A stretch of DNA of 51,695 nucleotides, from the NCBI GenBank assembly GCA_001938485.1, contig MQRK01173782.1:1-51695 (forward strand), written 5' to 3'. The position numbers and the translations under genes are program-made. Source of the stretch: Girardia tigrina. Lineage: Eukaryota. Below, piece by piece: positions 50,440 through 51,695 of the stretch. Positions within the stretch are counted from its first letter, which is position 1; each line of letters starts with the position of its first letter. A model generated the notes under the pieces. That model was not told the DNA's origin and did not search any database. It saw nothing but the letters and a program-made list of their open reading frames with translations.

Positions 50440-50990
50440 AAAACCCTTGTAATGCAGCACTTGTGTTGACTCCGTTATTATTTCAACCATAAAATGATAA
50501 TCCATCACTATTCAATATTAATTCTCATTCCATTTGTAGGGAAAGATCAAAGTACAACAAAAACCAGCAGAAAAAAATAAAAAATATTTAAAGTCATATG
50601 TGTTTTTAGTTATACATTAGGATGGAAAGATGCTAAAAGTTATAACTTGAAGAAAAAGGGGAACGTTTGTTTATAATATTTTCAGGAAAATGTACGAATC
50701 AACTTTTTGGTGCTTTTGAACTTCCATCAGATACAGAAGAGCAATTTACTTCCACAATTCAAGAAACTTTGGAGTGTTTTTGTAATGTGCATGACATTTG
50801 ATATGTCAGTCTATACAGGCAAGCAAAGTAGACCGTGTACCCTTTTTGAACAAATGTTAGAAAAAGATGATGTTTAAGTATGTTGCCATAACATTCTGGA
50901 AATTATTTAGGAAGCTGTTGCCCTTCATTCACTTGATGTCTCCAAAGATTATTTTGATTACCATGTGATTTAAGAGACGATTATCCTCAA
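50440..50990 (+). mobile_element. Degenerate HWDGK-type transposase (hAT-related, hATm-like by recollection)
   Basis: FNINSHSICRER, VIH*DGKML (50615-50629), ERLFIIFSG...QLFG, FDMSVYTGKQSRPCTLFEQML...CCHNILEII match the HWDGK / FDTT..NTG...CxHH pattern. Confidence 0.6.
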
Positions 50991-51582
50991 TTAATCAGAA
51001 AGATCATTAGATTGTGTGGTTAATGATATTTATTCCTAAAAAATGTTAGGGATTTCATGGAAGAAATTAATATATTAAGTAAAAACAGTAATTTATTGAT
51101 ATATAGCTTTCAAAATAAACCATTAATGTTTAAATAAATAATAGTTTTAAAAATTTGAAATCTCAGAAACAAAAATTTTACATATTTGAACAATACATTT
51201 ATTCAAACAATCATATTTTAACAATAAAAAATTTCAAAAAGGATTAGAATGCAAAATTTCTCTCTCTGGCTAAAAGAACAATTTCCCAAAAGAATTTCAG
51301 GAAATGTTTGTAAAACTACGAAAAAAAATATTTTTAATATATTTTATTGCGATCAAATTTATTTACCAGTTGTATTTATATATTTATAAGTGATCATGAG
51401 TAAATCATCACGTATTAACCTTCAACCTACAAAGGTTGCTCAGTTTTCTCATTTCTAAAAAATGAATTAAGTAACTCTTAATAAAATTCAAATTAAATAT
51501 AAAATAAGTAAATTAAATCAAATAGATTTTTAAACAAGCAAATTAAATAAATAATTAAAATAATTAATCAAATATATATATA

Positions 51583-51695
51583 TTAGGTTGTTCGATATGA
51601 AACGGGTCAAAATTTAAGTAAAATGTAAATCGATTTTTTTTAAATAATAACATTTTATTTTTAATCAAAATATCCCCCCATGTTGTCAACACACT
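51583..51695 (-). mobile_element. mariner 3' end (last codons and TIR) inserted in a TA tract, continuing beyond the window
   Basis: The - strand reads CVDNMGGYFD*; terminus TA|TTAGGTTGTTCGATATGAAAC. Confidence 0.75.

Overview
This is AT-rich eukaryotic (metazoan, invertebrate-like) draft genomic DNA with several N gaps; it is not prokaryotic. The window lies inside one + strand gene for a single-pass receptor guanylyl cyclase (NPR/GC-A-like). Eight coding exons (5687-42052, about 498 codons) splice in frame through GT-AG introns and encode the pseudokinase, signalling helix and class III cyclase domains. The extracellular/TM exons and the last exons were not found and appear to lie outside the window. 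Introns are either 51-57 nt or 3.7-11.9 kb. The large ones hold decayed mobile elements: MULE, several hAT types, pogo/Tigger, mariner, Penelope-like, Ty3/Gypsy, BEL/Pao, a possible Ginger-like integrase, and MITEs with clean TSDs. The most interesting unexplained structures are: (1) a dispersed repeat family with a strand-specific 17-bp GC-rich hairpin, GCAA tetraloop and G-U pairs, followed by ACA; (2) a second family of five cassettes with a TGTGARGA start, a conserved TCTCCYACNCAGATGG box and, 260-360 bp downstream, a frame-conserved 29-34 codon ATG ORF followed by unrelated cargo; (3) a segment-permuted, microhomology-joined copy of a RING/B-box-like pseudogene; and (4) a perfect spacer-less 850-bp palindrome. 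All alignments were done by eye and no database search was possible.
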